Positions 28,035 through 39,560 of a DNA stretch of 64,000 nucleotides are shown here, one piece after another (within the stretch, counting starts at the first letter, position 1; each line of letters begins with the position of its first letter). The stretch spans positions 6,825,607 through 6,889,606 of the forward strand of contig NC_133617.1 of NCBI RefSeq assembly GCF_048593235.1, in the 5' to 3' direction. This DNA comes from Sminthopsis crassicaudata. Its lineage: Eukaryota. The notes beneath the pieces are model-generated. The model was not told the origin of the DNA. It ran no database searches and saw only the letters and a program-made list of their open reading frames with translations. The position numbers and the translations under genes are program-made.

Positions 28035-29254
28035 TTTGGGAAACTAGGCTGGCAACCAAGGAGTCAGCCTCACATCTGAGATTTCTGACACAAGAATCCT
28101 CTCAGGAAAGACTAGAAAGGGATAATCCCTGTGACTTCAATTGGGGAGAAGCTCAGAAATGTGGTGCTCGTTTCGAGAGGCAGCAGGACAATGGGAAGAA
28201 TGCCCTGAAATATGACATACATACAGAGATCAAGTGTAATGAATATGGGAAACCCTTTAATTACATACCAGAACTCATAGAATATAATATGCCAGTTCAT
28301 ACTAGAGAGAAATGTTATGAATATAAGGAATATGGGAAAGCCTTTTCCAGGAACTTACAGTTTATTGAAAATAAGAAAATTCATCCTGGAGAGAAGTTTT
28401 GTGAATGTAAACTATGTGGGAAGGCCGCCTGCTACTGCTCAAAGCTTGATCAACATCAAATGCTTCAAACTAGAGAAAAAATGTATGTATTCAATGGCTA
28501 TGAGAAAGGCTTCCACCAGAGATCAGCACTTATTCAGCATCAAACTATTCATTCAGGAGAGAGACCTTTTGAATACAGTGAACCTGAGAAAATCTTTGGT
28601 TCAAAGTTAATAGGACATCAACAAATTCACCCTGGAGAGAAGCCTTATGAATGTATTGACTGTGGGAAGACTTTCTCCCAGAGCTCACAGCTTACTAGAC
28701 ATCTTATAATTCACACTGGAGAAAAACCATATGAATGCAATGAATGTGGGAAGGCTTTTCGAAGAAGCGCTGGGCTTAGTCGACATCAAACAATTCATAC
28801 TGGAGAAAAGCCTTTTGAATGTAAAGAATGTGGGAAGGCCTTTAGGCTTAACACAGCACTGACAGAACATCAGAGAATTCACACTGGAGAGAAACCATAT
28901 GAATGCAGTGAATGTGGGAAGGCCTTTAGCCAGAGCACACAGCTTAATCGACATCAGAGAATTCATACTGGAGAGAAACCCTATAAATGCAATGAATGTG
29001 GGCAGGCTTTTGGCCAAAGAGCACATCTCACTCAACATCAGACTGTTCACACTGGAGAGAAACCTTACGAATGTAATGAATGTGGGAAAGCTTTTAGTCG
29101 AAGTACAGGCCTTACAGGACATCTGAGAATTCACACTGGAGAGAAACCTTATCAGTGTAATGAATGTGGGAATAACTTTCGCCTGAGCAAACAGCTTACT
29201 CAGCATTACAGAACTCATACTGGAGAGACACCTTATGAAGGTGAAACCTTGTGA
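28035..29254 (+). CDS. KRAB-ZNF gene B, exon 5: about 5 degenerate and 7 intact C2H2 fingers. Full CDS = join(23658-23693, 24645-24771, 25015-25110, 28035-29254), 492 aa
   Basis: Acceptor 'ttctttcag|TT TGG GAA'; frame is open from 28037 into the 321-aa ORF; spliced CDS is 1479 nt. Confidence 0.93.
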
Positions 29255-30561
29255 ATGTAAGATTTTACCTTTGCCAAAAATTAATAGAAATCCTGTAGAA
29301 GAAGGAAATCTGGTTAATTTTCCACAGAAACAGTTCCAAACCATTTCATCCACTCTTGAAACCGAGACCACCCATTTCCCCCAAATAATTCACATTGCAG
29401 AGAAGACTTACTCTTTAATATACTTAAAAAAAAAAGTTGTCACAATCTGACAGGAGTTTGCTCTCTTTTTTCCTAGTCATAGAGAAAGGTTTGCTCCTGC
29501 TCTTTGAAACAGCATTTCCTTTTTTTTGTTTCCAAGATCTTCTATCACTCATATGCCATTTGCAATCAGTCTACAAATCTTGTCAGTTCTGTATTCATAA
29601 ACCATTGTTCTTATCCACTCAACACATTTGGTCACAGATCTTCTCATGTGTCAAGAAAACCTTTGAAATAACCTCTCCATTAATCAATGTACTACAGATT
29701 GTGCTGTCAGAATAGCCTCTTAAAGCAAAAGCCTGACTCTGAAAGGAGTCTATTTGAAAGGTTTCAGTGGCTTTTTGTTCCCTCCTAGGTAAAATAGGAA
29801 CTTATTTTAAGGGTGCTTAAAGCCCTTCATATTCCAGAATCATCCTGCCTTTCCAGATGAACTTCACAGTTGTTTCCCTTTGCTTACTTTGTATATTCCA
29901 ACCACAATGGCCTATGTTCCCTTCCATGGAGATGATATCATCCCCTTCCTTTGTGCCTTTACACAAGCTGTTTCCCCTGTGCCTGGAATGGCCCCCCTCT
30001 TCAGCCTCTTAGACTCCATAGCTCTTGTCAAAGCTCAGATCAAACTTTGGATGTTAGGCCTTCCTTGCTTATCTCAATATTGTTTTCTTGTGACTCCAGG
30101 TTTCTGTGCTATATACCAAGTATCTCTCCCTAATCCCAATCACTTTGTCCCTATTTATTTATTTATTACTTTTATTGCCAAACTCCTGGGAAAATCTTTT
30201 ATACCATTAGCTCCACTTCTTTTCTTCCCACTCATTTCTCAGCTCCTGGAAGTTTCTCATTTTTAATCCTTCCATTCTCCTGAAATGTCACCCTTTGGGA
30301 TTCCTACCAGTGATAGTTCTGTAATCATAATGATGATGGCACTGTTGCCCTTTATATACCATGGATGTATTACATGTCCTACCCCCTCCAAGGTTCCCAT
30401 CATTTCCACCCGAACAATAACCTGACAAACAGGTTCAAAATAGAATTTCCCTTGGTTCCTCTGCCTTTTGAAGGGTGAAATAATCTCCAAGGCAAGTCAA
30501 GATGCTATTTACTGCTTTGCTCTTGGTGGAGCAAGAGAGAAGAACTCGGACCTTGGGGCAT

Positions 30562-31337
30562 TTAAGGAAGCCCTCGGTGCTTCAAATGGTGCTTCTGGGC
30601 CAGGCTTAGAACCTGTTCCCCAAACTCCGTGTCTCTCTTCTTTCTTTCCAACAAGGTTGTAAGATGACATATGCCACTCACCAAATCATTTCTATCTCCA
30701 TAGACCTTGAATGTTCTCTGTAATGCTCCTGCTCTGGTTCCTGATTTGCACACGTGAAATCTGCCTTCTCCCTTTACCTGTGGTTTCTGTTGAAGGTAAA
30801 CGCCCATCCAAGCCATGGGCAGGCTTTGTCCTTATCCCAGTAAGTCTCATTGCTATCTGGGAGGTCAGACTTGACCCCTGGCATTAAGACCTGGCGTTGC
30901 CTTTGTGAGGAGCGACATGAGGTTTTACTACTGGCTCCTTTCTGGAGTTTGGTCTGCTGTGAATCTCTGAGTGATCTGTCATTCTGCCTTTGAAGATCCA
31001 CATGGGCAGCTTTCTCTCCCTCCTCTCCCTATATATAAAGGGTGTGTGTGAGAGCATGTATGTATAACTGGGTGTTGGGGAAGCTCTCTGCTGGCAAACA
31101 GGAGCTCAGCCCAAGCTGCTTTACCTGAGCTGCTGGAGGGGCTGGGGAAGAGCAAGGCAGGTGCTCATCGGGGATGAGATGGGCTGTACCCCAACTCCCT
31201 CAGTCAGACCTGCCTGGCCTGGGGCTTCTCCAGGCTAGCGAGTGAGCTCCGGGCCGCCTTCACCAGAGACCCCATCAGGAAAGCGCTTCAGGGCCAGAGG
31301 GGCGACTGAGGAGACCTTGGGTTACTGAGCTCACATC
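30562..31337 (-). pseudogene. Possible decayed two-exon relic of a ZNF-type gene (exon 31337-31125, 96-bp intron, exon from 31028)
   Basis: GT-AG intron with phase-0 frame continuity; three in-frame TGA; degenerate finger-like 'CPWLGWAFTFNRNH' and 'VKGEGRFHVCKSG'. Confidence 0.35.
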
Positions 31338-32579
31338 CTGAGGGAGATGCAGCTCCGAGACAAGGATGCTATTGCTCTTCCCATTGCCTGCCCCAGGAAC
31401 AGTATGTTTTTGCCAAAAGCTTATCTTTATAAAGCTTATTCTACATTTCTCTTCACCTACCCTTTAAAATCATTATAAAGATAAAACTCTCTTAGTCTTT
31501 TTATTAGAGGTCTACATTTGTTTTATTGACTTAAATGTGGGCTGAGGGGAGGAAGTAATGACTCTTATGCACCTTTGCACATATCCTGTCCCAAGGGAAG
31601 TGAAGTGACTCCCACGCCTTCTTAACGCAGCCTTAGGACATCCCTTTCTGGGTATTCTCCTAGTATCTCTTCTTAAGTCCTATCTGGCAGTCAGCTGGCT
31701 TCCTGTCATGGAAAATCAATGTAGCAAAGAGAAGGGCTGTAGCTTGTCTCCTCTGGCTAAGATCAGATAATCACTAGAATATCCAACTGTCAGCTGGAGG
31801 CTCCAGGTAAACAAAGGTTTTAGGTCATATCTGGATTTCCCTCCTTGGGCCAGAGAGCCTGAGGCTATTTGAATAGGGGGAAAAAAAGGTAGAATTAACT
31901 GTTCAAGAGTTGGTTGCCTTCAGTGCTGAGATTGCTTCTGTAGCATCAGAGGGGAGAAGAGCCAAGGGAAGGAGTTATAAAGAAAGTCACACCTGAAGAG
32001 ACATTGGGAACAAAGAGCACTGCCGTTCCAAAGGTGGGAGCCAGTGTGGAGGGAATAACTAGTTTTGCTAAGTCAGGACTCTGCACACTGCACAGCTAGG
32101 AGCCAAACACCAACAGGTATTAGAGAGCACTTGCCTGAGGAGTTTTTTAACTTTTAAAAACTTTTTCTCAATTTAGAATCATAATGTTTTAATCCCTTCT
32201 CCCTGCTATTCTTGAGCCTATAATTTTTTTTTCTTTTTTCCTTTTTTTAAATAATTCTATACCATTTGTTTTGATGGATTGATTTTGGAGTTTAATAAAC
32301 TTTTTTTTTTTTTTTAATAAAATGTCTATGTCCTTTCTCGATGAAATTTAGTCTAATTTTATTTTAAATTCTATTTCAACTTCTCTTTTATTTTTTCAAA
32401 ATTTTTAGGAGGTGATCTGCCCGGTGCTTTCTGAGAAAGGAAAAAGAGCTGGTCCAGAACCAAGAGAAAGAAAGGGTCCGGCACAGGGAGGGGGAACATT
32501 TGAGTCAGTAAAGGAGGGTTGACCACTGACCATTGAGAGCAGTCTGCCACTTCCAGAAGGGGCAGTTCACCCGTAGGTC

Positions 32580-33250
32580 AGTCAGTTGGTAAGCATTTAC
32601 TGAGAACCTATTTGTGCCAGGCACTGTACTAAGCACCGATCTTCGGGGATATATAGAAGACCTAAAGCTCTTTCCTGCCTTCAGAGAGCTCACAACTTAG
32701 TGGGGGAAATACAAGAACTAGAAATAATCAGCAGAAGCAAGGCTCTAGAATTATGGGGAAATTAGTAAAAGGTTCTAGTAGAAGGTGAGGTTTTAGTTTG
32801 GGACTTTAAGGAAACCAGGAAGGTCAGTAATCAGAGTGAAGGAGAGAGTGTTCCAGGAATGGGAGACAGCCAGAGAAAATGGGCAAAGCTTAGAGATGAA
32901 GTTTCTTTTTAAGGAACAACCAATAGGGGCAGGATTGGATAAAATGTGTCAGAAAACTGGAAAAGTAGGAAGAAGGGCTAGGTTATAAAGGGCTCTGAAT
33001 GCCAAATTGATTCCTGAGGTAAAAGGGGAACCTCTGGAGTTAATTGAGTAGGGCTTTAGCAACAGATTGGCTATGGGAGGCTGATAGTAAGGGGTCCAAG
33101 ATGACTTCTACATTGGAACCCCAAAGAGTGGTACCCTTTTCAAGTAATAGAGGATGCTGGAAGGGGAGAGCATTGAGGGGAAAGATAATGAATTCAGTTT
33201 TGGACATGGAGTTTAAGATGTCTATTGGACACATTTTGAGATGTCCCAGG
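32580..33250 (-). mobile_element. L2 3' region
   Basis: L2 tail 'aagcatttactgag..tgtgccaggcactgtactaagc' and 'gggaaagataatgaattcagttttggacatg'. Confidence 0.75.
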
Positions 33251-34845
33251 TGTCTGAGAAGCTTTCTTAAGGACCCCCGCTGGCTCCTGGCTGGAAAAGT
33301 GCCCCAGAAACGGACGGCTTTCTGCAGCCTTCCGAACTTGTGTGGGCGTAGTCAGCGACAGTGGGACCGACCTTGGGCCTGGACGCTCATTCCAACATGA
33401 AGGACAAATGAGAGTGAGAGTCCGAGGTCAGGTCTGAACTCACGCAGATGGGGGTCCTGCTATTTTCCACACAATGCACACTCTTGGGTTCATTTCATTT
33501 CTGCTCATCCTTGTCTCCAACAAGACTGTACTCCTTAAATCCAAAGACTATATGGAATATTGCCTCTGTGATCCTGAACATAATACAGTAGTCTCTCAAG
33601 AAATTAGTTTCGGGGAAGATAGAGTTGTCAATAGTTTTACATTCTCTTATTTTTAACAACTTCAGTTTTGTTTACACTGAAAAAAGCTCATGGGAAAAGT
33701 GCAATAATTAACTATTATTCCTGAACTCCAGAGAGGGATCCAGCCCCCCTCCTGATGGTATATCCAAGAAACCGGAAGACCTTTGCTTCTCCAAGTGACA
33801 GTCGCGCATGCGCACGTGGGTGTGTGTGGGTGTGTGTGTGTGTTAGTATTTTCTGAGTTACACACTTCTTCACTTTGCAGGATGCTTGAGTGGTTTTTTC
33901 AACCTAAAATTTCAAATCAAGTGAGCGTTTGCAGCTACACTGTACCAGGAAAGAATGGAGGAGAACGTAGTAACTTTGAATCTTTTCTAGGTGGCTGACC
34001 TTTAACACATACAGCAAATTGGACATCTCACTTTCCAAGCTATGCTCCTCCTTCTCAAGGATTCCCGTCCTGTTTGCTTCTCTGTAAAGGGCTGAAACTC
34101 TGAGTAGGTGCACTGGAATCAGACAACCGAGCCCTTAAGGCTAATTACCTGTTGGACAATACTCTATGAGAATATGCTTGGAAAATGGCCCTTCCCACCA
34201 TTCTGTGCTGGCTCCATCTTTTGGTGTATACAGAGAATTGTAAGAGGGATTAGGGGGTGGAGTAAGACAAGCCAGAGTCACTTTGGAGGAGGAGGAGAAG
34301 GGAGGTCTGTAGGAGAGCTCCTGGCAGTTTCGTGGCAGTTTCATGGCAGTTTCATCCATCTCCTTTACTTCTCTCCCTTAAGACCAAGGACTTTTGCTGA
34401 TCCTGACTCTGGCTGATCCTGAGGTCAACAGGGAGTTGACCAGACTTCACACTTCTCTTTTGGGGGAGGGGGACCCCATTCCTAGTCCCCTCCCCAACCC
34501 AGAGATGGCCACCATCCTAGCAAGCAATGATCATTCACTCCCAGAGGCCAGGGAACACTTGAGATTATAGGCATGTGCCATACAGGAGGCGAAGGGACTC
34601 AGCAGCACCATGTTAAGAGACTTGGGAAGGCGCTCGAGCAGCCAGATTGAAAGCCCTCATCCACTGGCACAAGCAGGGAGGCCAAGGGACGTACCACCGG
34701 GGAGGCTTTTGGGTCCTGTTCCTAGACCAGCTGGCTCAGGAAACAGACTCTTAGAAGGAATGGAAGTGTCCTTTGTTGTGCCAGGAAGCTGCACGTCACA
34801 AAGATCCCTGGCACCCTCAGCAGTGGACCCAACGTGGATTGCCAT

Positions 34846-34884
34846 AGATTTTTTCCCAGTTTCTCCTCTGAGCCTATCACTGTG
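34846..34884 (-). other. 23-bp-spacer recombination signal sequence (RSS) of the V pseudogene
   Basis: Perfect heptamer CACAGTG (34884-34878), 23-nt spacer, nonamer AAAAAATCT (6/9 match to ACAAAAACC). Confidence 0.8.
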
Positions 34885-35905
34885 AGACTTTTTAGCTGTT
34901 GTACCATAGCTGGCTGTGATATTCTGCCCCATCCTCGCTCTCGGCCCCCTGGATGGTGAGGGAAGCTTTGTCTCCAAGGAGGGACCCTGAGAACTGGTCA
35001 GAGATGCCTAATGAATGTTGGTGTCCTAATTGAGTCTCTTGGGAGGGGCCACATCTCTGCTGGAACTAGTGGGGCTCGTACCCAGAGGTGACCGCCCCTG
35101 GGCTGGGGCAGGGATCACCATTAAAGGTAGCTCCAGAGTTGTCATGGTCTGGGACCTGAGCCCCTAAAAGCAACAGGATGAACACATCAAGAATGGAAAC
35201 AGAAGTGGCAAGAAACTGGAAACTGAGCAAATGCTCTCCGTTGGAGAATGGCTGAATAAATGATGTATGGTACATGAATGTTATGGAATATTATTGTTCT
35301 GTAAGAAATGATCAGCAGGATGATTTCGGGAAGGCCTGAACTGATGCTGAGGGAAGTGAGCAGGACCAGATTATACACGGCAACAAGGTTATATGATGAT
35401 CAATTCTGATGGACGTGGCCGTCTTCAACAAGGAGATGGTTTGAAGCAGTTCCACTTGTTCAGTGATGAAGAGAGCCATCTACACCCAGAGAGAGGACTG
35501 TGGGAACTGTGGTTCACAACATAACATTCTTACGCTTTTTGTTTGCATTTTATTTTGCTTCACTTTTTTCTCTGATGCTGCATGATCATTATATAAATAT
35601 GTGTGCATATATTGGATTTAATATATCTTTCTACTATGTTTAACATATATTGGACTACTTGCCATCTCGGGGATGGGGTAAGGAGAGGGGAGAAAATTGG
35701 AACACAGGGTTTTGCAAGGGCTAATGTTGAAGAATTGTCCATGCATGTGTTTTGAAAACTAAAAAGCTTTAAAAAAAAAAAAAAGTGCTAACAGAAGGAA
35801 CACTTCAAAGGCCCACTCTCCTCTCCCCTCCTTCTCCCCAAGAGCCAGGGAGTCTCATCTCTCACCTCTGCAGGGAGGAAGGAGCCTGATAGGAGTCCAA
35901 GCCAC
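34885..35905 (-). pseudogene. IGLV: Immunoglobulin lambda variable pseudogene (IGLV7/8-like): leader exon 35905-35866, V exon 35163-34885
   Basis: Leader (GTG)AWTPIRLLPPCR G|gtgag. V exon SQTMTTLELPLMVIP / CPSPGAVTSGYEPH*FQQ...GISDQFSGSLLGDKASLTIQGAESEDGAEYHSQLWYNS. Conserved Trp is TAG, second Cys is AGC, frameshifts present. Confidence 0.88.
35188..35784 (+). mobile_element. 5'-truncated L1 inserted in the IGLV leader intron
   Basis: L1 ORF2 C-terminal remnant ('ggagaatggctgaataaat'), 3' UTR and poly(A) tail. Confidence 0.88.
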
Positions 35906-36001
35906 GTGGACATGCTCTGCTTCCTGAGGCTCTGGAATGGCACCAATACTGCTTATGGCCACCCCTCTTCTCATAGGGACAGAGGGTGCCTTTAGGCAAA
36001 C
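35906..36001 (-). promoter_or_regulatory. Degenerate V-lambda promoter
   Basis: Octamer-like GTTTGCCT (6/8 match to ATTTGCAT) about 90 bp upstream of the leader start; CATAAG TATA-like box about 50 bp upstream. Confidence 0.55.
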
Positions 36002-36734
36002 ATTTTTCCAAATTGAATTTATCTGTGGACAGGGCCCCTGTGGTGGTGGTGGGCACAGCATAGACTGGCTCTGGGACATCCACGAACACCCAGGGCCACC
36101 TGCCAACTCTGGCCATGGTTGGGTAATTTCTCAGCTGTCATACCACAGGGATCCCTGCTGAGCCCAAGCCCCACAAAGTCCAGGAGCCACGGCATTAAAG
36201 TCCTCATCTGGATCCATGGCACCAGGTCCTTGGGCTGAGTACTTGGGACGGAGCCTGACGGCTCCCTCATGGGATCCAACACTACAGGATTGGCTGCCAA
36301 GCGCACACTGTCATCACTCTCCCATGGGGCTTGGTGCTGTCACCATCTGGAACATGGGGCAAGGTGATCTGTTGGAGATCCCAGCCTGTGTCTCAGCACC
36401 CAGAGCAGCAGGGGAGGCATGAGGGGTCAGAGGGATGGAGCCTCGGTGGTTTGGGACGCAGGGAGGCAGGCCTAGGGCTGCTTACTGCTCCCTGCCACAG
36501 TGAATGTAACTCAAGGCAGCCTGCACTTCAGCTCTTGGGCCCCAAAGGTTCCAAAACGGGAGGGGTGTTCCTGGCATGTTCCCGGATACTCCTCCAGGAT
36601 TTGGCCAGGATCGCTGCAAATCCATGGAACTATTGTACTGTATTTAACCACGATGACCTCACTCAAGCAAACGTGAGGAGGATGCAGGCACCCCGATTCC
36701 CAGACAGGTTGCACCAAAACTAGGGTGACGCCTG

Positions 36735-37350
36735 AAAAGAGCACTGGTTGCTGCGCCTGGGATTGGGAAGGCCCGAGTGCAAATCTGGGTTATTTAGTAA
36801 CGGGGTGACTTTGGGCAAGTCATCTCATCTTGTTCGCCTTGCTTTCCTCCATATACTTGGGCATAATGATAGCCCTGCCGCCCAAGGTTGTGGAGACACC
36901 AAATGGGATCTTTGTAAAGCACTTAGCAGCATGCCCAGCACATAGTAGGTGCTTAATAAACACTTGTTCCCTTTCCCTATGGATGACTGGCAAGGAGAAT
37001 AAATAGCTGACAAGGGGCCGAGAAAAGTCCAGGAAAGTCAAGTCAGCAAGCATTTATTAAGTGCTTACTGTGTTCTAGGCATCAGGTGAGCCAAAGTCCA
37101 CGCCCTGCGGGGGAGACTACATGGAACAACTGTGACCAAGACGTGGTCATGATAAATTGGAATTATTCTTAAGGCCTGAAGGTTCAATAGGCCTGGGGAG
37201 GCAGAGAGAGGAGGTTGTTCTAGGCCAGTCATGGGCTGGTAGAGGAGGAGGAGAGAACCCTGGAGGACGGGGGAGGCACAAAAAAGGGTCCAACAGGACG
37301 TTTAGAAAGACTGTGAGAGCCAGAGGATTCCATTCGTGGGCTGGAAGGCA
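36735..37350. mobile_element. MIR (about 36735-36965) and L2 3' fragment (about 36990-37350)
   Basis: CORE motif plus 'cccagcacatagtaggtgcttaataaa'; L2 tail 'aagcatttattaagtgcttactgtg'. Confidence 0.65.
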
Positions 37351-38548
37351 ATTAGGAGCCCTGGAGTTCTGAATATAAAGGAAGGAAAGAAACGAGCACT
37401 GATTAACCCCCTGCTGTGTGCCAGGCGCTTACTAACCAACCTGATCTCCTGGATCCTCACGACAACCTCGGATTGCTGGTTTACAGAAGAGGAAACTGAG
37501 GCAGACAGAAGCGAAGTGTTCCGCCCGGGGTCACCCTGCCTGGAAGTGCCTACGGCCGGATTGGAACTTGGCTCTTCCAGACGCGGCCCAAGTCCGCCGA
37601 GGCTGATACCGCCTGCGGGGCTGTGGGCAACTGAAGTACTTCCCAGGCACCAAACCCATCCCCATCCTGGGCCAAAAGCAGCCCCGCCCCCTCGCCTCCC
37701 GCCCCGTCCCGAGGCCCTAAATCCTGGACAGCGCCTGGGGACCCGTGGACTGAAGGAGGGAAAGGGGCTCCCCTTTCTCCGAGGCATTTAGCACGTGACG
37801 TTGCCGTGGGGGTGCCAGCGGCCCGGAGTGGCTGGAGGGCGGGGGGAGGGGCCCAGGGACGTGCCCCGGGGACGGCTGCTAAGGAAAGTTTGAATGTCAA
37901 AAGTTCATTCGGGGCTCGCTGGGCACCACGACGGGGGCGGCCCCTGGGGACAACCTGGAGGCTAAAAGAGGGGTGTCCCGGAAGGGGTCAGGCGGTGCCC
38001 TGGGGGGCTGGCTCCCTCCCCCCTCCCCCCCCCCTCCCAGCAGCCCGGACTGCGGCCAGCACCTCGGCCAGCGCCCCAGCGAAGCCCCGCCCTCTCGCCA
38101 GTTTCACCGAGTCCCCCCTGAGGGGAGGTAGGGAGGAGGAGAGAAAGGAGGGGCATCGGGAAGGAGTCCGCTTCTCCCCGCCCCGCTGCTCCTCTCGGAC
38201 AGGCGCCCAGCTCGATGCCCAGCCAGGGCCCCCTGTGCGGCTCAGCTCGGGCCAGGAGCCCCGGGCCGCGCTCCCAGGCGGGACTCCCCATCATCGGGCG
38301 GAGGATGAGGGGAGCAGACCCTGCACTAGCCGGCTCGGGACGCTCCAAAGAGGGCGCTGGGCCTCGGCCCCCGGGCTCCTGCCCCGCCTCCGCTGCCCCA
38401 GAGCCGGCTGGGCCCCCAGTTTTAAAGAGCAGCTTCCAATTCACACGGACAGTGCTAGAGGGAGGGCAGCCCGGGAGCAGGCGAGGGGCGGGGCTGGAGC
38501 GGGAGTGAGCTCACCGCCCCGCCCACCCCTCGCCGGCGGAGGATCGAG

Positions 38549-38758
38549 GCATGCGCACCAGGCCGCCCGCTCTCCGGACTACCGTTCCCTAAAGGCCGCT
38601 CGGCTGGTCCGCAGATTGTGGGCCTAGTTCCGTCGCGGTTACCGTGGAAACGGCACTTCCGTTCCCTCCCAGATTCTCGTCACCCTCTCGCTCGCGGCCG
38701 CCTCCGCGCAGCCCTGCCCTCAGCGGCGGCCGCAGCCCAAACCCTAGTACGTGTCAGG
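38549..38758 (+). promoter_or_regulatory. Gene C promoter and non-coding exon 1 (donor GTGAGT at 38759)
   Basis: GCATGCGCA at 38549-38557; ACTACCGTTCCCTAAAGGCC from 38578; ETS CACTTCCG; CpG island. Confidence 0.72.
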
Positions 38759-39411
38759 GTGAGTGAGCGTCAAGGGCGGCCGAGCCTGGGGGGACACGAG
38801 GTCCCCGGCGCCCGGTCTCATATGCTGGGGTGAAGAAGGGGGTGCAGAGAAGGGAAACGATGCGCCGAGCCGGGGGTAGTGCGCGTGCGCAATCCCTGCC
38901 CTGCCCCCTCGGAGGGTCACGCCCCCATTGGCCGTCCTGCGCCCTCAAGCCAATCAGCGCCGCCCAGCGACTTCCGAGCCAATCAGCGCCTCCCTTTCTC
39001 TGGAGCTTCTGCAAGTGTTTCAGGCTCCTCCCATCCCCATTGCCTCCCTTCTGATCTCTTCTCCCCCCTCCCTGTCTAACCTGAGGATCCGGCCCCCCGC
39101 CCCCTCCCCCCGTAAACCGGCCCGGAGAAAGTGTTAACGGCCGGAGGGAAGACTGCAGGGGAGGGGAGGGCAGGGGAGGGGGCGTGACCGGCCCGGCTGT
39201 GACCCCTCCGCCACAGGCCGGGCCAGGGGGGCTCCTTGAGCCTTCTGGCTCTGGTCCCCCCTTACCCCGCCCCTCCCCCGCTGGGGGCGTGGCCTTCCCC
39301 GAGTTCTAAACTCCTCTGGCTCCGGAGACCCTCTCCTTGTGCCCCGTCTTATGGGAGGGGGCTCCAAGGACCGACCCTCCCGCCCTCCTCGGGGCGCCGT
39401 CTGCTCCCCAG

Positions 39412-39498
39412 ATCTGCCTTCGGAAGCCCCTGCGGCGGGACAGGGTGAGGAAGAGGAAGGCCATGGCCCCCGTGCTGCTGCCGGCCAGGGCCCGCCAG
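39412..39498 (+). CDS. Gene C exon 2 with start codon (ATG at 39463; MAPVLLPARARQ)
   Basis: 'ctccccag|ATCTG...gccATGG...CAG|gtgag'; 36 coding nt, phase 0. Confidence 0.88.
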
Positions 39499-39560
39499 GT
39501 GAGGGGGGAGAGGAGGAGGGGAGGGCGGCAGGGGAGGGGGCAAAGGGGAGGGGGCAAAGG

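Noticed and set aside
31240-31370. Plus-strand resemblance to a VH 3' end (gggccg..ttcacc..agagac; gagga.ac..ttactg.gc)
   Set aside because: No upstream framework or proper RSS. The region is better explained by the minus-strand exon/intron relic.
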